A stretch of 64,000 bases of DNA from a virus (lineage: Duplodnaviria; Caudoviricetes): positions 7,508 to 71,507 of the IMG/VR virus record IMGVR_UViG_3300005615_000001, one strand, 5' to 3'. The notes beneath the pieces are model-generated. The model saw nothing but the letters and a program-made list of their open reading frames with translations, ran no database searches and was not told the DNA's origin. A program made the translations under genes and the position numbers. Positions 19,347-28,155 of this stretch are shown one piece after another. The stretch's first letter is position 1. Each line of letters starts with the position of its first letter.

Positions 19347-19853
19347 ATGCCGCAAGCGCCGATTGATCCGACTGCGAATGTCATTGCTCTTGTTGAAGCA
19401 GCGATCCTTCGCATGGATGATCTACGGGAATGCGAGCGATCCCATTTGGAAGAGATGGCTCAACTCCGTGAGAGCCACTTCAAAGAGGTACGCGAGTTGG
19501 AGTCCAACCGTCTTGATGCCATCCTGCGGGCATCCACCATCTCACGCGAGTCTGAAGCGAGCGGTGTCCAGACGGCGGTGCGGGAGTTGGCCCACGTGAC
19601 GGCGACCAATGCCGAGACGCTGCGCAATCAGGTCGCGACAACGGCGGCAGCTCAGGCGGCAACTCTCGCGGGCATGGTGACGCAGATCAACGATCGGATC
19701 TCCGCGCTGGAGAAGTCGGCGTACGAAGGCGCAGGCAAGTCGAAGGGGCTCGGCCTTGGATGGGCAATACTTCTCGGCGCTGTGACTTTGATCGGAGGAC
19801 TGCTCGGCATTTTGGGTACGGGCGTCGCGGTTTTCATGACGCTGAACAGGTAA
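19347..19853 (+). CDS. coiled-coil protein with C-terminal TM (lysis-module type)
   Basis: RISALEKSAYEGAGKSKGLGLGWAILLGAV; TATGAT box upstream. Confidence 0.65.
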   Translation: MPQAPIDPTANVIALVEAAILRMDDLRECERSHLEEMAQLRESHFKEVRELESNRLDAILRASTISRESEASGVQTAVRELAHVTATNAETLRNQVATTAAAQAATLAGMVTQINDRISALEKSAYEGAGKSKGLGLGWAILLGAVTLIGGLLGILGTGVAVFMTLNR

Positions 19854-20011
19854 AGGGACGCGGAGAGCCAAAGCGAAGACCGCACGCCGCACGTAAATCG
19901 TTGCGCCTTCAATCCGTCCCGCGTACTCTCACGGAGGAATGAGAGGTGCAAGCGCGGAATGGCATGAGCACTATGGCACTCCTCCGTCCGTTTGCTGCGA
20001 CTCCGACTAAC

Positions 20012-20374
20012 ATGCCCGACCGATACGAAGGCGAGGAGCGCAGAGCGGGATCAGACCGCCGCGCTGAGCACCGCAACGGCGATCGCGTGGCGCCGTGGCC
20101 TGCTATCTTCGCGGCGCTAGTGACGATCATGGTCGCGTTACTATCCATCGCTGTCATTCAACTTTCTGACATCAAGCGATCGGTGCAAGAGACGCGCGAC
20201 ATGGCGTTGATTCAGCGCACCACGCAGGAAACCATGCGCCGCGACATAGACAAGATCGAGAACCGGGTTGATACTATCGAGAAGGCTTACCAGTACAACC
20301 TGAACAGCCGCCTTTCTTACGTCGAGGCGAAAACGGGCATCAAGAAACCGAAGGAAGAGAAAGAAGGGGAGTAG
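20012..20374 (+). CDS. single-pass TM coiled-coil protein with ERRxxxDRR motif (start uncertain, could be 19946-20012)
   Basis: YEGEERRAGSDRR, TM, heptads. Confidence 0.6.
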   Translation: MPDRYEGEERRAGSDRRAEHRNGDRVAPWPAIFAALVTIMVALLSIAVIQLSDIKRSVQETRDMALIQRTTQETMRRDIDKIENRVDTIEKAYQYNLNSRLSYVEAKTGIKKPKEEKEGE

Positions 20375-20376
20375 TT

Positions 20377-20676
20377 ATGCCGTGCGATGCAGTCTGCCGA
20401 AAAATCATCGTCGACACCGGACGCCTCGCACGAGTTGCGCGCGTGCTTCTGGAGACGGCCGAGAAACACCAGAGCGCGTACGAGGAAGCGAAGGACGATA
20501 TCAGCGACGATGAGAAGGAACTGCTTCGCGCTGAGTCGGAGGTGGATTGCCATCGCGCCGAGCTCATTCTGCGATGGGCCGAGGAACGCCACAAGTCCAC
20601 CATTCGCATGAATGGCGGCGAGTACGAAGGACCGTACGACGTGAGCGGCACCGATGCGCCGCGGAAGAAGGAGTAG
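20377..20676 (+). CDS. hypothetical protein
   Basis: GGGGAG SD; 99 aa. Confidence 0.6.
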   Translation: MPCDAVCRKIIVDTGRLARVARVLLETAEKHQSAYEEAKDDISDDEKELLRAESEVDCHRAELILRWAEERHKSTIRMNGGEYEGPYDVSGTDAPRKKE

Positions 20677-20679
20677 CAC

Positions 20680-21000
20680 ATGGCTGACGAAGTGATCGTT
20701 GAGCCGAAACCGCTGTCGCAATCGTGGACGGCACGACTGAACGCGGTTGTGGGCACCCTCGGCATCTTTCTCGTGATCGCGCCGCAGTTGTTCGCCGACT
20801 TCGCCACACTCCTCAGCGGAGATGAGACGCGCGCTGTGCTGAAGTTCATGCCACCGAAGTATCAGGACATCGTTGATACCATCGTGCGCTTTCTTGGTGT
20901 CGCCGCTTCACTCGTAAGCGTCGTCAACATCTTGATCCGCAAATACAAGACCGTCGGACCGATTACCGGCGCGGCGGCAAACCAGTTGCCAAAAGCGTGA
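20680..21000 (+). CDS. putative holin
   Basis: 106 aa, two TM segments, KPLSQSWT N-terminus, basic C-terminus. Confidence 0.6.
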   Translation: MADEVIVEPKPLSQSWTARLNAVVGTLGIFLVIAPQLFADFATLLSGDETRAVLKFMPPKYQDIVDTIVRFLGVAASLVSVVNILIRKYKTVGPITGAAANQLPKA

Positions 21001-21011
21001 GGGAACTTCGA

Positions 21012-21386
21012 ATGCGCAAACTCGCCATCGTTCCAATCATTCTCCTACTCGCCGTGGCCTGCGCCACGTCGGGCTACCATGCGACACTCGACGACTACGA
21101 AAAGAACAGCACTGAGTACGCAGCGGCGCGCGATTGGATCGTGTGGCTGCGCGATGTCGGGTGCGCAAACGGTGCCGCACTCTCGCCGTGCGCAAAGCTG
21201 CCGGCGGCGTGGCCGCGCTTCGAGGTTATCCGCGACGAGGTGCGGGCTGCGGATGCTGCCTTCTATCCGGCGCTCATCGAATTGCGCACTACCGGGAAGA
21301 AGCCAGCCAACTTTGACACGCTCGCGCAAACTCTGTCCGCCGCACAACAGAAGATGATCGCGCTCCAGGCCGAGGTGAAGCAATGA
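21012..21386 (+). CDS. lipoprotein (possible spanin component)
   Basis: MRKLAIVPIILLLAVA-C lipobox-like signal. Confidence 0.65.
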   Translation: MRKLAIVPIILLLAVACATSGYHATLDDYEKNSTEYAAARDWIVWLRDVGCANGAALSPCAKLPAAWPRFEVIRDEVRAADAAFYPALIELRTTGKKPANFDTLAQTLSAAQQKMIALQAEVKQ

Positions 21387-21610
21387 CGATCGGTGAATGG
21401 ATTTCTCTGACGGCCGAAGCGTACGCACTCATCGAAACGGTCCGGCACTCGGAGGACCAGACGAAAGTGCAGACCGCGCTCGCAGAACTGACAGCGTTGC
21501 TGAAGCGTCATCCAGAGCTCGAAGCGATTGTCGAGAGCTCCACGAAGCGCCCGATCACTGCAAAGGATATCGCTCGAGAGTTGGCGGCACACGACCGCAA
21601 CCAAGGATGA
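21383..21610 (+). CDS. hypothetical helical protein
   Basis: ATGA coupling on both sides. Confidence 0.6.
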   Translation: MTIGEWISLTAEAYALIETVRHSEDQTKVQTALAELTALLKRHPELEAIVESSTKRPITAKDIARELAAHDRNQG

Positions 21611-22077
21611 TCGCGGATCTGACCGCGTTCCTCGATGTGGTGCCGACATGGAAGGCGCCGTCGTGGGTCACGGTGATCGGAATCCTGATCACGTGGATCG
21701 GTGGCGTGATTCTCGTTCTGCGATACCGGATGGACCTGCGGAAGGCTCGGGACGAGCGAGCGGCGGCTCTGAAAAAAGCTGAGGAACAGACGCAGGCCAA
21801 ACTCGCCGAATTCGTGAGCGACAAGGTAGAAGACACGATCAACGAGATCATGCACGCAGAGCGCACCCAGGAGCAGATGAAGCAAATCATTCGCCTTCAT
21901 ATCAACGACACGCTGATTGACCGCGCGAAGGATTTCGCGACAGCAGAGAGCATTCGATACGTCGAAAAGATGCTGGCCGAAAGTGACAAAGCCATCGACC
22001 AGCGGATCGACGATATCAACGGCAGGTTAAGTAGAGTCGTCAGCTATCTCAGCGACAAATCATCGCTGGCGAAATGA
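21607..22077 (+). CDS. single-pass TM coiled-coil protein
   Basis: WVTVIGILITWIGGVILVL TM followed by long heptads. Confidence 0.65.
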   Translation: MIADLTAFLDVVPTWKAPSWVTVIGILITWIGGVILVLRYRMDLRKARDERAAALKKAEEQTQAKLAEFVSDKVEDTINEIMHAERTQEQMKQIIRLHINDTLIDRAKDFATAESIRYVEKMLAESDKAIDQRIDDINGRLSRVVSYLSDKSSLAK

Positions 22078-22129
22078 CCGTCTGGCGGCTTGACATGTGG
22101 CGCGCTGCTCCGCGCCACCGGGTAAAACC

Positions 22130-23056
22130 TCACTGCATTCTTCTGAAGTACACGTCGTAGTACGGCTCGCGCTTCCCGCCCGCAAACGTCACAAGCGCCT
22201 CGTACCGGAAGAAGTTTCCCGACTGGTCGCGCCGACCCGTGCGGTGGTAGTCGAGCGAGAACTCTACGATCTGCGACTCGTTCACTGTCGTCAATTCTCC
22301 GGCATCAGTGACGCCGTTGCGGTTCGCGTCCAACCAGAGTTGGAGGTGCGGCCAGATGTCATCCATGGGGTTCACAACACCGTCGTGATTGCTGTCGAAG
22401 TCGCGCAGCCGCTCGAAACCGTTGGTGTCAATCTGGTCACCGAACAACTCGCGACCGTTGTCAATCACACCGTTGTCGTTGATGTCGAGCGCAAGGAAGG
22501 CGAGTTGCCCATCCGGCCACGACCATAGAGCCGCTTGACCATGGCCTTGAAGGTCAAACAGCGCCGCACCTAAAAACCGCCACGGCCCCTGCCCAAGGTT
22601 GACCAGGATCGGCGAACCGGGATTGATAACTCCACCCTCTTCTTCGTCCTTGTCGCAGATACCGTTGTTGTTGTTGTCGGGACAGACTGGCGGGTGGTAA
22701 GCCGTGCAGGTGCCCTGATTCGTTTCATTCGCGGAAGTGCCATGCCAGCAAGAGAAACAATACATGCTGCCGCAAAAACCGCCCCTGAGCTGGCACGTAG
22801 TCATGTAGTTACTAAATGGCACCTGTTCAACTGTGCAGTTGCCGCCCGTCTGGTGTTCCGGCGGCTCCACGCAGCCGTCCACCCGGAATTCCACGTCGTA
22901 TTCGCACTGCTGTGCTTGAAGCGGCTCAGGGCACGCCGCGTAGTAGATTTCAGGTTCGTGCCGATCGAAAAACCCTTTCAGACACGTCTGCGCATTCACG
23001 GATGTCGCCACGCCAGCGCCAACGCAGAGCAACACGACACAAGATACTTTTCTCAT
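22130..23056 (-). CDS. secreted Cys-rich protein with hemolysin-type Ca-binding (EF-hand-like) C-terminal domain
   Basis: Signal peptide; SPILVNL...FLALDINDNGVIDNGRELFG...NGFERLRDFDSNHDG...LWLDANRNGVTDAGEL. Confidence 0.8.
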   Translation of the reverse strand: MRKVSCVVLLCVGAGVATSVNAQTCLKGFFDRHEPEIYYAACPEPLQAQQCEYDVEFRVDGCVEPPEHQTGGNCTVEQVPFSNYMTTCQLRGGFCGSMYCFSCWHGTSANETNQGTCTAYHPPVCPDNNNNGICDKDEEEGGVINPGSPILVNLGQGPWRFLGAALFDLQGHGQAALWSWPDGQLAFLALDINDNGVIDNGRELFGDQIDTNGFERLRDFDSNHDGVVNPMDDIWPHLQLWLDANRNGVTDAGELTTVNESQIVEFSLDYHRTGRRDQSGNFFRYEALVTFAGGKREPYYDVYFRRMQ

Positions 23057-23140
23057 TCACATCCTCCGTTTCAAAAAAGGTCAGCGCAGAGCAGTGCGCC
23101 GCCCGGTCAGCCCACTCGCCGGCCGCACGGTGCAGTACAC

Positions 23141-23728
23141 CTACGTTCGGATCTCCGTCTTCACGCTCAACCCCTTGACCGCCTCGGCGAGCTTGATCTT
23201 CACCGTCTCTTCCAGTGATGCCGCGATTGACGACGTGACGTTCCTCAGCGCGTTCGTCATCGCTTGGCTGATGTGATAGTGCAGATGCTTGTGGATCATG
23301 AATGCGATCCGCTTCTGCTTGCCGCCGTACCAGCTTCCGCGCGCTTCCTCCTTCGAGTGGCCATCTGAATCCACTTCCTCGCGCAGGTACGCATCGGCGC
23401 GCTGCGTCAGATACTCGATGAACGTCAGCGACTGGCCAGTCTTCTCGCCCCATACGTTCGTCGCCTGAAGCGTGTAGTTCTCGATCAACTCGCCGACACC
23501 GGGGAGCACGGTCCGTTCCGCGATCTCCGCGACCTTCGCGTCGATTCGTTCCTTGACGAGTTTCCGCATCGTCTTCGCGAACTGAGTTTCACCGACGTAG
23601 GTGAACTCCTCGCCTTCATCGTCCGTGTCCGTGACTGCGGATGTCATGAGCGACTTTGCGATCCGGTCGACGACGCGCGTTTGCAACTCCTCGGAGGTAA
23701 GGCCGATCGCTTCGAGTATGCTATCCAT
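23141..23728 (-). CDS. hypothetical helical phage protein
   Basis: 195 aa; GGAGGAG SD. Confidence 0.7.
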   Translation of the reverse strand: MDSILEAIGLTSEELQTRVVDRIAKSLMTSAVTDTDDEGEEFTYVGETQFAKTMRKLVKERIDAKVAEIAERTVLPGVGELIENYTLQATNVWGEKTGQSLTFIEYLTQRADAYLREEVDSDGHSKEEARGSWYGGKQKRIAFMIHKHLHYHISQAMTNALRNVTSSIAASLEETVKIKLAEAVKGLSVKTEIRT

Positions 23729-24029
23729 TGCTCCTCCAGTGCCGTGGGCATGTCGCCCTTCCGGCAGATGATCCGATGATGCATGTGCACACGGGTCTCG
23801 TGAACGGATGCCCGATTCCTTGCGCCCAATACCTGTGCGCCGGATCGTCCTCGTACAGACCGCAGCGTTCCTGCATGAATTGCTCACGCCACGCGCACGG
23901 TTCGCCGCAATCGCCGATCCAGTGAATGCGCCCGCACGCTCCGCACGGCACCTTCGTTGCGTCTTGTCCAGCGCGCATGAATCGCGGCTTCGTCGGGTCG
24001 TGCTCTTGCGGGTTGATCGCGCTATCCAT
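23721..24029 (-). CDS. Cys-rich hypothetical protein
   Basis: CGACGRIH...C; GAAGG SD. Confidence 0.5.
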   Translation of the reverse strand: MDSAINPQEHDPTKPRFMRAGQDATKVPCGACGRIHWIGDCGEPCAWREQFMQERCGLYEDDPAHRYWAQGIGHPFTRPVCTCIIGSSAGRATCPRHWRSNG

Positions 24030-24032
24030 CCT

Positions 24033-24230
24033 TCACCACCCTTCGAACTCCGGCATCGCGTTCCAGTCTTCGGCTGTGACAAGTACCTGTTCGATGGTGA
24101 ACTCGTTGCCTTCGTCCTCGCCGGCAACGTCGCGCGCATCCTGCTCATGTTCCGAGACGCACCACGCGCCCTCGGGACTCGTCGTCTTCCACATCAGCCG
24201 ATCGTCGCCATGCTCACGCCGTGGTTCCAT
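24033..24230 (-). CDS. hypothetical protein
   Basis: GGAGG SD; C-terminal MPEFEGW phage motif. Confidence 0.6.
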   Translation of the reverse strand: MEPRREHGDDRLMWKTTSPEGAWCVSEHEQDARDVAGEDEGNEFTIEQVLVTAEDWNAMPEFEGW

Positions 24231-24441
24231 TCTTCCTCCGATGCTCCGCCTCCACCGCCTGAACGCAGGCGCGGCAGATGGGGCGTCGCCCGATAGCCGA
24301 GAACGTCGAAACGCGAACCGCGAAATAGGATTGCGCCGTGCGGCCACACCAAGCGGTTAACAGCGGCGGGCTCGGTAGCGGGTCGCGTTCAGCATGCACT
24401 GGAGAATTGACATCGTAGAAGCCGGTCAGCGCGGCGCTCAT
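24214..24441 (-). CDS. hypothetical protein (H...CG...CxxC)
   Basis: Coupled ORF. Confidence 0.5.
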   Translation of the reverse strand: MSAALTGFYDVNSPVHAERDPLPSPPLLTAWCGRTAQSYFAVRVSTFSAIGRRPICRACVQAVEAEHRRKNGTTA

Positions 24442-24638
24442 GTGCGCCTGCCCTCGGCGCGGTCCGCCGCGATCCGGTTGCCGTCTTCCAGCGTGAGGGG
24501 GATGATTGGAAGCGAGTTCGCGTTGCATCTAATCCGGTGCCTTGCGCCGCACTACTGCACGCTGTGCGACGCCGTAATGATCGTTCCGCTCCCGTCATGT
24601 CGAATCCTGGCGATATGAATCCGAATCTGTTCCTTCAC
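24438..24638 (-). pseudogene. small gene interrupted by in-frame TAG (24552-24554)
   Basis: GTGA and ATGA coupling at both ends; 67 codons with one internal amber. Confidence 0.5.
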
Positions 24639-24925
24639 TTCTTCACCGCCTGCGTAACCTTGTCCGCAAGCTGCATCGTGTGCAGCGACATGCGCGTTGC
24701 GAGATCTGCGGCATCCTTCGCGGCGAGATCAGGCAGCATCGCTTCGAGACGCGCGAACTCAATCTCGCGACCCGACTGCACGCCGATCATGAAAATGGTT
24801 TTCGCGAGGCGGAACTCTCGTTCCGCCATGATCGCGTTGAGGTTGAGGCGCAACACCGTGTCCTCCCACGCGGCGCGCTTTGCTTCGGTGATGTTGGTCA
24901 TTTCGCAGAGTCCCTTTCTCATCAT
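24635..24925 (-). CDS. hypothetical protein
   Basis: 96 aa, helical. Confidence 0.55.
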   Translation of the reverse strand: MMRKGLCEMTNITEAKRAAWEDTVLRLNLNAIMAEREFRLAKTIFMIGVQSGREIEFARLEAMLPDLAAKDAADLATRMSLHTMQLADKVTQAVKK

Positions 24926-24981
24926 GCGTGGCGTTTCAGTTGGGTGTCATTCCTCTTCCGACTCGGGCATGTCGTCGGATT

Positions 24982-25197
24982 TCACGGATGTCCGTGATCG
25001 GTCGCGAAACGTTTCTTCTTGGCCGATGTGTTCACTTCATTTTTGAAGATCGCTGTCCATTCAGTCGGGTTGCCAATGTGAATCTCCCGTATCGCCAAAA
25101 TCAACCCTCCGCTGTTATCAACTACGATGTAGGAGTTGCCGGACTGATGGCGAACGATATCGCCACGCCCAAGTGCTTGCATTTCCTTCTCCGTCAT
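24982..25197 (-). CDS. hypothetical protein (SH3-like pattern)
   Basis: LGRGDIVRHQSGNSYIVV. Confidence 0.55.
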   Translation of the reverse strand: MTEKEMQALGRGDIVRHQSGNSYIVVDNSGGLILAIREIHIGNPTEWTAIFKNEVNTSAKKKRFATDHGHP

Positions 25198-25200
25198 CGC

Positions 25201-25329
25201 TCACACCCCTTGCCACTGATCCACCCCGTACTGCGTCGGATGATCAGCGTTGATCGTGCGGTAGAGGTACGTGTCGTGGGGTGAAGTTCCGGCGTGATTT
25301 CCGCTGCACAAGACAGTTTTTCGCATCAT
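25201..25329 (-). CDS. small hypothetical protein
   Basis: Fills gap between coupled ORFs. Confidence 0.35.
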   Translation of the reverse strand: MMRKTVLCSGNHAGTSPHDTYLYRTINADHPTQYGVDQWQGV

Positions 25330-25844
25330 TCGCATCCCTTCTGCCGCGCGTATTCCGCGTGCGCGTCGTAGCAGTCTTTGTCCACCGTGTCGCAGAAGTA
25401 ACGCTCGCAGTGCCCACACATCGCGCCGTGATCAAACGGCCTGTCGTCGCCGCATGACGAGCACTCGAACGTTGGCACGTCGGAGTCTGGTCCCGCCCAC
25501 GCTGGTGTGCGGATCTCGGTGCTAACGATGCCGCGTTCCTTCCCGGCTTCGAGCAACCGCAGAAGGTCCGCAACGATCTCCGCCCGTGTGCGGAGTGTCG
25601 GTTTCTTGGCGCCCACTTCGATGTACAGCGGCTCGCCCAACGGATTGCCCTGAGCCTCCAGCATGTAGGTGCCGCTGTGGTCGGATCGCCCGATGATGCC
25701 GCGCCCTCGGAGTTCGGTAATGAAGGTCATTCTGCGCCCCGTCCCTTGATTCGTACGATCGTCCACATTGGGCGTCACGAGGATCGCCGCCAACTCAGCA
25801 CGCAACGCTTCTCGAAATGCTTCTGCGAATTCCGGCGCGATCAC
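25326..25844 (-). CDS. hypothetical protein with C-terminal Zn finger (CxxC...CxxC...C..C..H)
   Basis: GTG overlaps upstream TGA. Confidence 0.6.
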   Translation of the reverse strand: MIAPEFAEAFREALRAELAAILVTPNVDDRTNQGTGRRMTFITELRGRGIIGRSDHSGTYMLEAQGNPLGEPLYIEVGAKKPTLRTRAEIVADLLRLLEAGKERGIVSTEIRTPAWAGPDSDVPTFECSSCGDDRPFDHGAMCGHCERYFCDTVDKDCYDAHAEYARQKGCE

Positions 25845-26059
25845 AATGATTCTCCGTGTCGGGTCAGATAGCGCCACACGGCCGGTTCGCCGTCGTACAG
25901 CACGAACGGTTTCGTATTGAGCATCCAGAAGTCTGGCATGCCGTTGTTTCGCTGCATCCGGATCGCGTCGGCCTCGACGCCGGCGGCATCCTGCACGCGC
26001 ACGACTTCTCCATGGGGCGGCAACTCGTGGCGGCATTCGATCCAGAGGTGGTCGGTCAT
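25841..26059 (-). CDS. hypothetical protein, paralog of 27269-27517
   Basis: WIE.RHELP..GEVVRV.DAAGVEADAIRMQRNNGMPDFWML shared. Confidence 0.7.
   Translation of the reverse strand: MTDHLWIECRHELPPHGEVVRVQDAAGVEADAIRMQRNNGMPDFWMLNTKPFVLYDGEPAVWRYLTRHGESL
25919..25992. repeat. 74-nt exact direct repeat, copy 1 (copy 2 at 27368-27441)
   Basis: Direct sequence comparison. Confidence 0.9.
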
Positions 26060-26481
26060 ACCGGCACTCCGAAAGGGCCGACGCGGATGCTTCCAGACGA
26101 TTGCATTTTCTCGATCGCCGGACGCAGTTCCGCTTCGTACTGATCGCCGCGCCATGAATTCGCGCCGAATCGAACGCCGCGCGTCTGAATGAGATCCAAG
26201 CAGACGACGTAACACTCGCCCGGTTCATCCGTGATCGCTGCGTACCACTTCGCGTTCGGGATCGCCGCGCCAGCTTCGACGTTCAGGAACGCGGCCTCTT
26301 CGGCAGACACGTTCGCAACTTCGCCAGTGAACAGGACGGCGTAGAAGCCTTTCCCGCTGATCCCGTTGCGATGCCACGATACTTCGGTGACAGAGTTGAC
26401 AAGTCTTCGCACGTTTCCTCCGAAACTTCCCTTCGGCGCTGGCATGAACGCCGTGTCGTCTTCGTCGTCGTTGTAGATCAT
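26056..26481 (-). CDS. hypothetical phage protein
   Basis: WHRNGISGKGFYAV...WRGDQYE motifs; GAGGAG SD. Confidence 0.65.
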   Translation of the reverse strand: MIYNDDEDDTAFMPAPKGSFGGNVRRLVNSVTEVSWHRNGISGKGFYAVLFTGEVANVSAEEAAFLNVEAGAAIPNAKWYAAITDEPGECYVVCLDLIQTRGVRFGANSWRGDQYEAELRPAIEKMQSSGSIRVGPFGVPV

Positions 26482-26483
26482 GT

Positions 26484-26681
26484 TCACTCCTCGATGTAAA
26501 TCGTCACCCGGCGCACGTTGGCGTTGCCCGCGCGCCGCGCGGCTGCCTTCGACGGGTATACCGCCGTTGGGTGATTCGGTCGGAGCAGGTCTGGCTGCGG
26601 TACACCGTTCGCGTTGACGCCAATCCATCCTTCGTATTGGCGGCCACCCACAAGCGCCGGAAGCCACTTTCGGCCCGCCAT
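26484..26681 (-). CDS. hypothetical protein
   Basis: GGAGG SD; 65 aa. Confidence 0.55.
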   Translation of the reverse strand: MAGRKWLPALVGGRQYEGWIGVNANGVPQPDLLRPNHPTAVYPSKAAARRAGNANVRRVTIYIEE

Positions 26682-27018
26682 TACGCGCCTCCCTCTTCCG
26701 CGAATACGCTGGCGATCCACCCGCGCTTCCGCATCTTCGTGCGCATCTCGTCGCGTCGCTTTTCCACCAACGCCACATTCGCCTCGTGAATGCTCTCGTC
26801 AAAGTGCTCGGAGATGCCGTCGCGGATCAGCCGTTGCAGAACGTCGGGACGCAGCGCGTCGAGCTCCCACGCGTCAGTGAGCCCGTGCTCTTTCACGTAC
26901 GATTCGTAACGCGAACTACTTTCCTCGCTGGTGTGCGGATCTCGGCTTCGACGATTCCGCGTTCCTTCGCTTCTTCGAGGACGGCCAACAGGTTGTCGAT
27001 TGTGGCGGTGCGGGTCAT
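26681..27018 (-). pseudogene. chimeric remnant: paralog fragment fused out of frame to the C-terminus of a WELDAL (Toprim/DUF2399-like) protein
   Basis: First 31 codons resemble the 25326 gene; second frame reads ESSSRYESYVKEHGLTDAWELDALRPDVLQRLI. Confidence 0.55.
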
Positions 27019-27272
27019 TTGTCGGTCCATTCGATAACGCCAGCCGCTTCGGACAGGATCACGTAGCCGTACTTTGGCACGTCGAACTTGTGCTTTAGTC
27101 GGAACGCTTCGGACCTAGTGCGTTCGTCATTGATCCGCTCGACGCTTTCAACAACGACACAGAGATAATAGTCGTCGCGCCACGTTTCACGATCTTCGGC
27201 GAATACGATCTGCTCGCCGTCGAAGTAGCCGGGCCGTCCGTCAAGGGTGTGCATGTACAAAACCTTCTTCAT
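27015..27272 (-). CDS. hypothetical protein
   Basis: GAGGAG SD; YMHTLDGRPGYFDGEQI. Confidence 0.6.
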   Translation of the reverse strand: MKKVLYMHTLDGRPGYFDGEQIVFAEDRETWRDDYYLCVVVESVERINDERTRSEAFRLKHKFDVPKYGYVILSEAAGVIEWTDK

Positions 27273-27517
27273 CGCTTCTCCTCGTCGGTCAGACCACCTC
27301 GTTCCTTCCAAACGAAGTACCGCCACGCGACCGGCTCTCCGTCGTAGAGCACGAAAGGTTTGGTGTCGAGCATCCAGAAGTCTGGCATGCCGTTGTTTCG
27401 CTGCATCCGGATCGCGTCGGCCTCGACGCCGGCGGCATCCTTCACGCGGACGACTTCTCCGTACATCGGCAACTCGTGGCGCGTCTCAATCCAGATGTCC
27501 GGCGGATGCGCGGTCAT
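27269..27517 (-). CDS. hypothetical protein, paralog of 25841-26059
   Basis: Shared 74-nt identical core. Confidence 0.7.
   Translation of the reverse strand: MTAHPPDIWIETRHELPMYGEVVRVKDAAGVEADAIRMQRNNGMPDFWMLDTKPFVLYDGEPVAWRYFVWKERGGLTDEEKR
27368..27441. repeat. 74-nt exact direct repeat, copy 2
   Basis: Direct sequence comparison. Confidence 0.9.
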
Positions 27518-28155
27518 GGCTTCACTTCCAAGTGCGTGCAACCGACGCAGCAGTAACCGCGCTTTCGTTGCTGGTTGAACTCGCAGAACGCCCGAGAAGC
27601 GCCGCAGTCGTCGCATGGGTCAGCGGTCGTGGGCGGTCTCCACGCTTCATTCATCGCGTCTTCGAGCCGATGCCGCGCTATTCCGATCGCGCGCATTTTC
27701 TCAGCCCACTCCGCTTCCCGCATGCCTCCGCTATGCTGCGCGTCGATATTGGCGTCAATGAAAAGGTCCAGCGCTGAGTGCGCCGCATCGCGCGCCTTTC
27801 TGTCCTTCGTTCGGTCAGCAGCAATGATGTCGCCGCTGGCGGACCGATAGGCGTACGGCTCATTCCTGTCAGTCCGCAAGCGTACGTTGCTGTCGGTGCA
27901 TGCCTCGCAGATACTTTGCAACACTCCGTCGAAAGTGTAATCGCGCGGCTTGCCGCAGTTGATACACGTTTCGGCAATCACAGCCGGCCCCTTCGCCAAC
28001 CCCTGAAGGAACACGTTGGAAACCGGCTCAGGGACCGCGTCGTAGTGACACGGGCAAGAGCACGTCGGAGCCATCGGCAGGATGTTGCAGCAGCGCCCAA
28101 ACGGATGCGGTCCTGATGGCCCATGCGGTACAGAGGTTGAAGCGTGCGCCATCAC
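27514..28155 (-). CDS. multi-CxxC hypothetical protein
   Basis: Several CxxC pairs; coupled ORF. Confidence 0.55.
   Translation of the reverse strand: MMAHASTSVPHGPSGPHPFGRCCNILPMAPTCSCPCHYDAVPEPVSNVFLQGLAKGPAVIAETCINCGKPRDYTFDGVLQSICEACTDSNVRLRTDRNEPYAYRSASGDIIAADRTKDRKARDAAHSALDLFIDANIDAQHSGGMREAEWAEKMRAIGIARHRLEDAMNEAWRPPTTADPCDDCGASRAFCEFNQQRKRGYCCVGCTHLEVKP

Noticed and set aside
22097-22528. 143-aa plus-strand ORF opposite the Ca-binding gene
   Set aside because: Antisense shadow with no domain features.
25841-27517. Possible DGR template/variable repeat pair
   Set aside because: Core is 100% identical, flank differences are not adenine-specific, and no reverse transcriptase is present.
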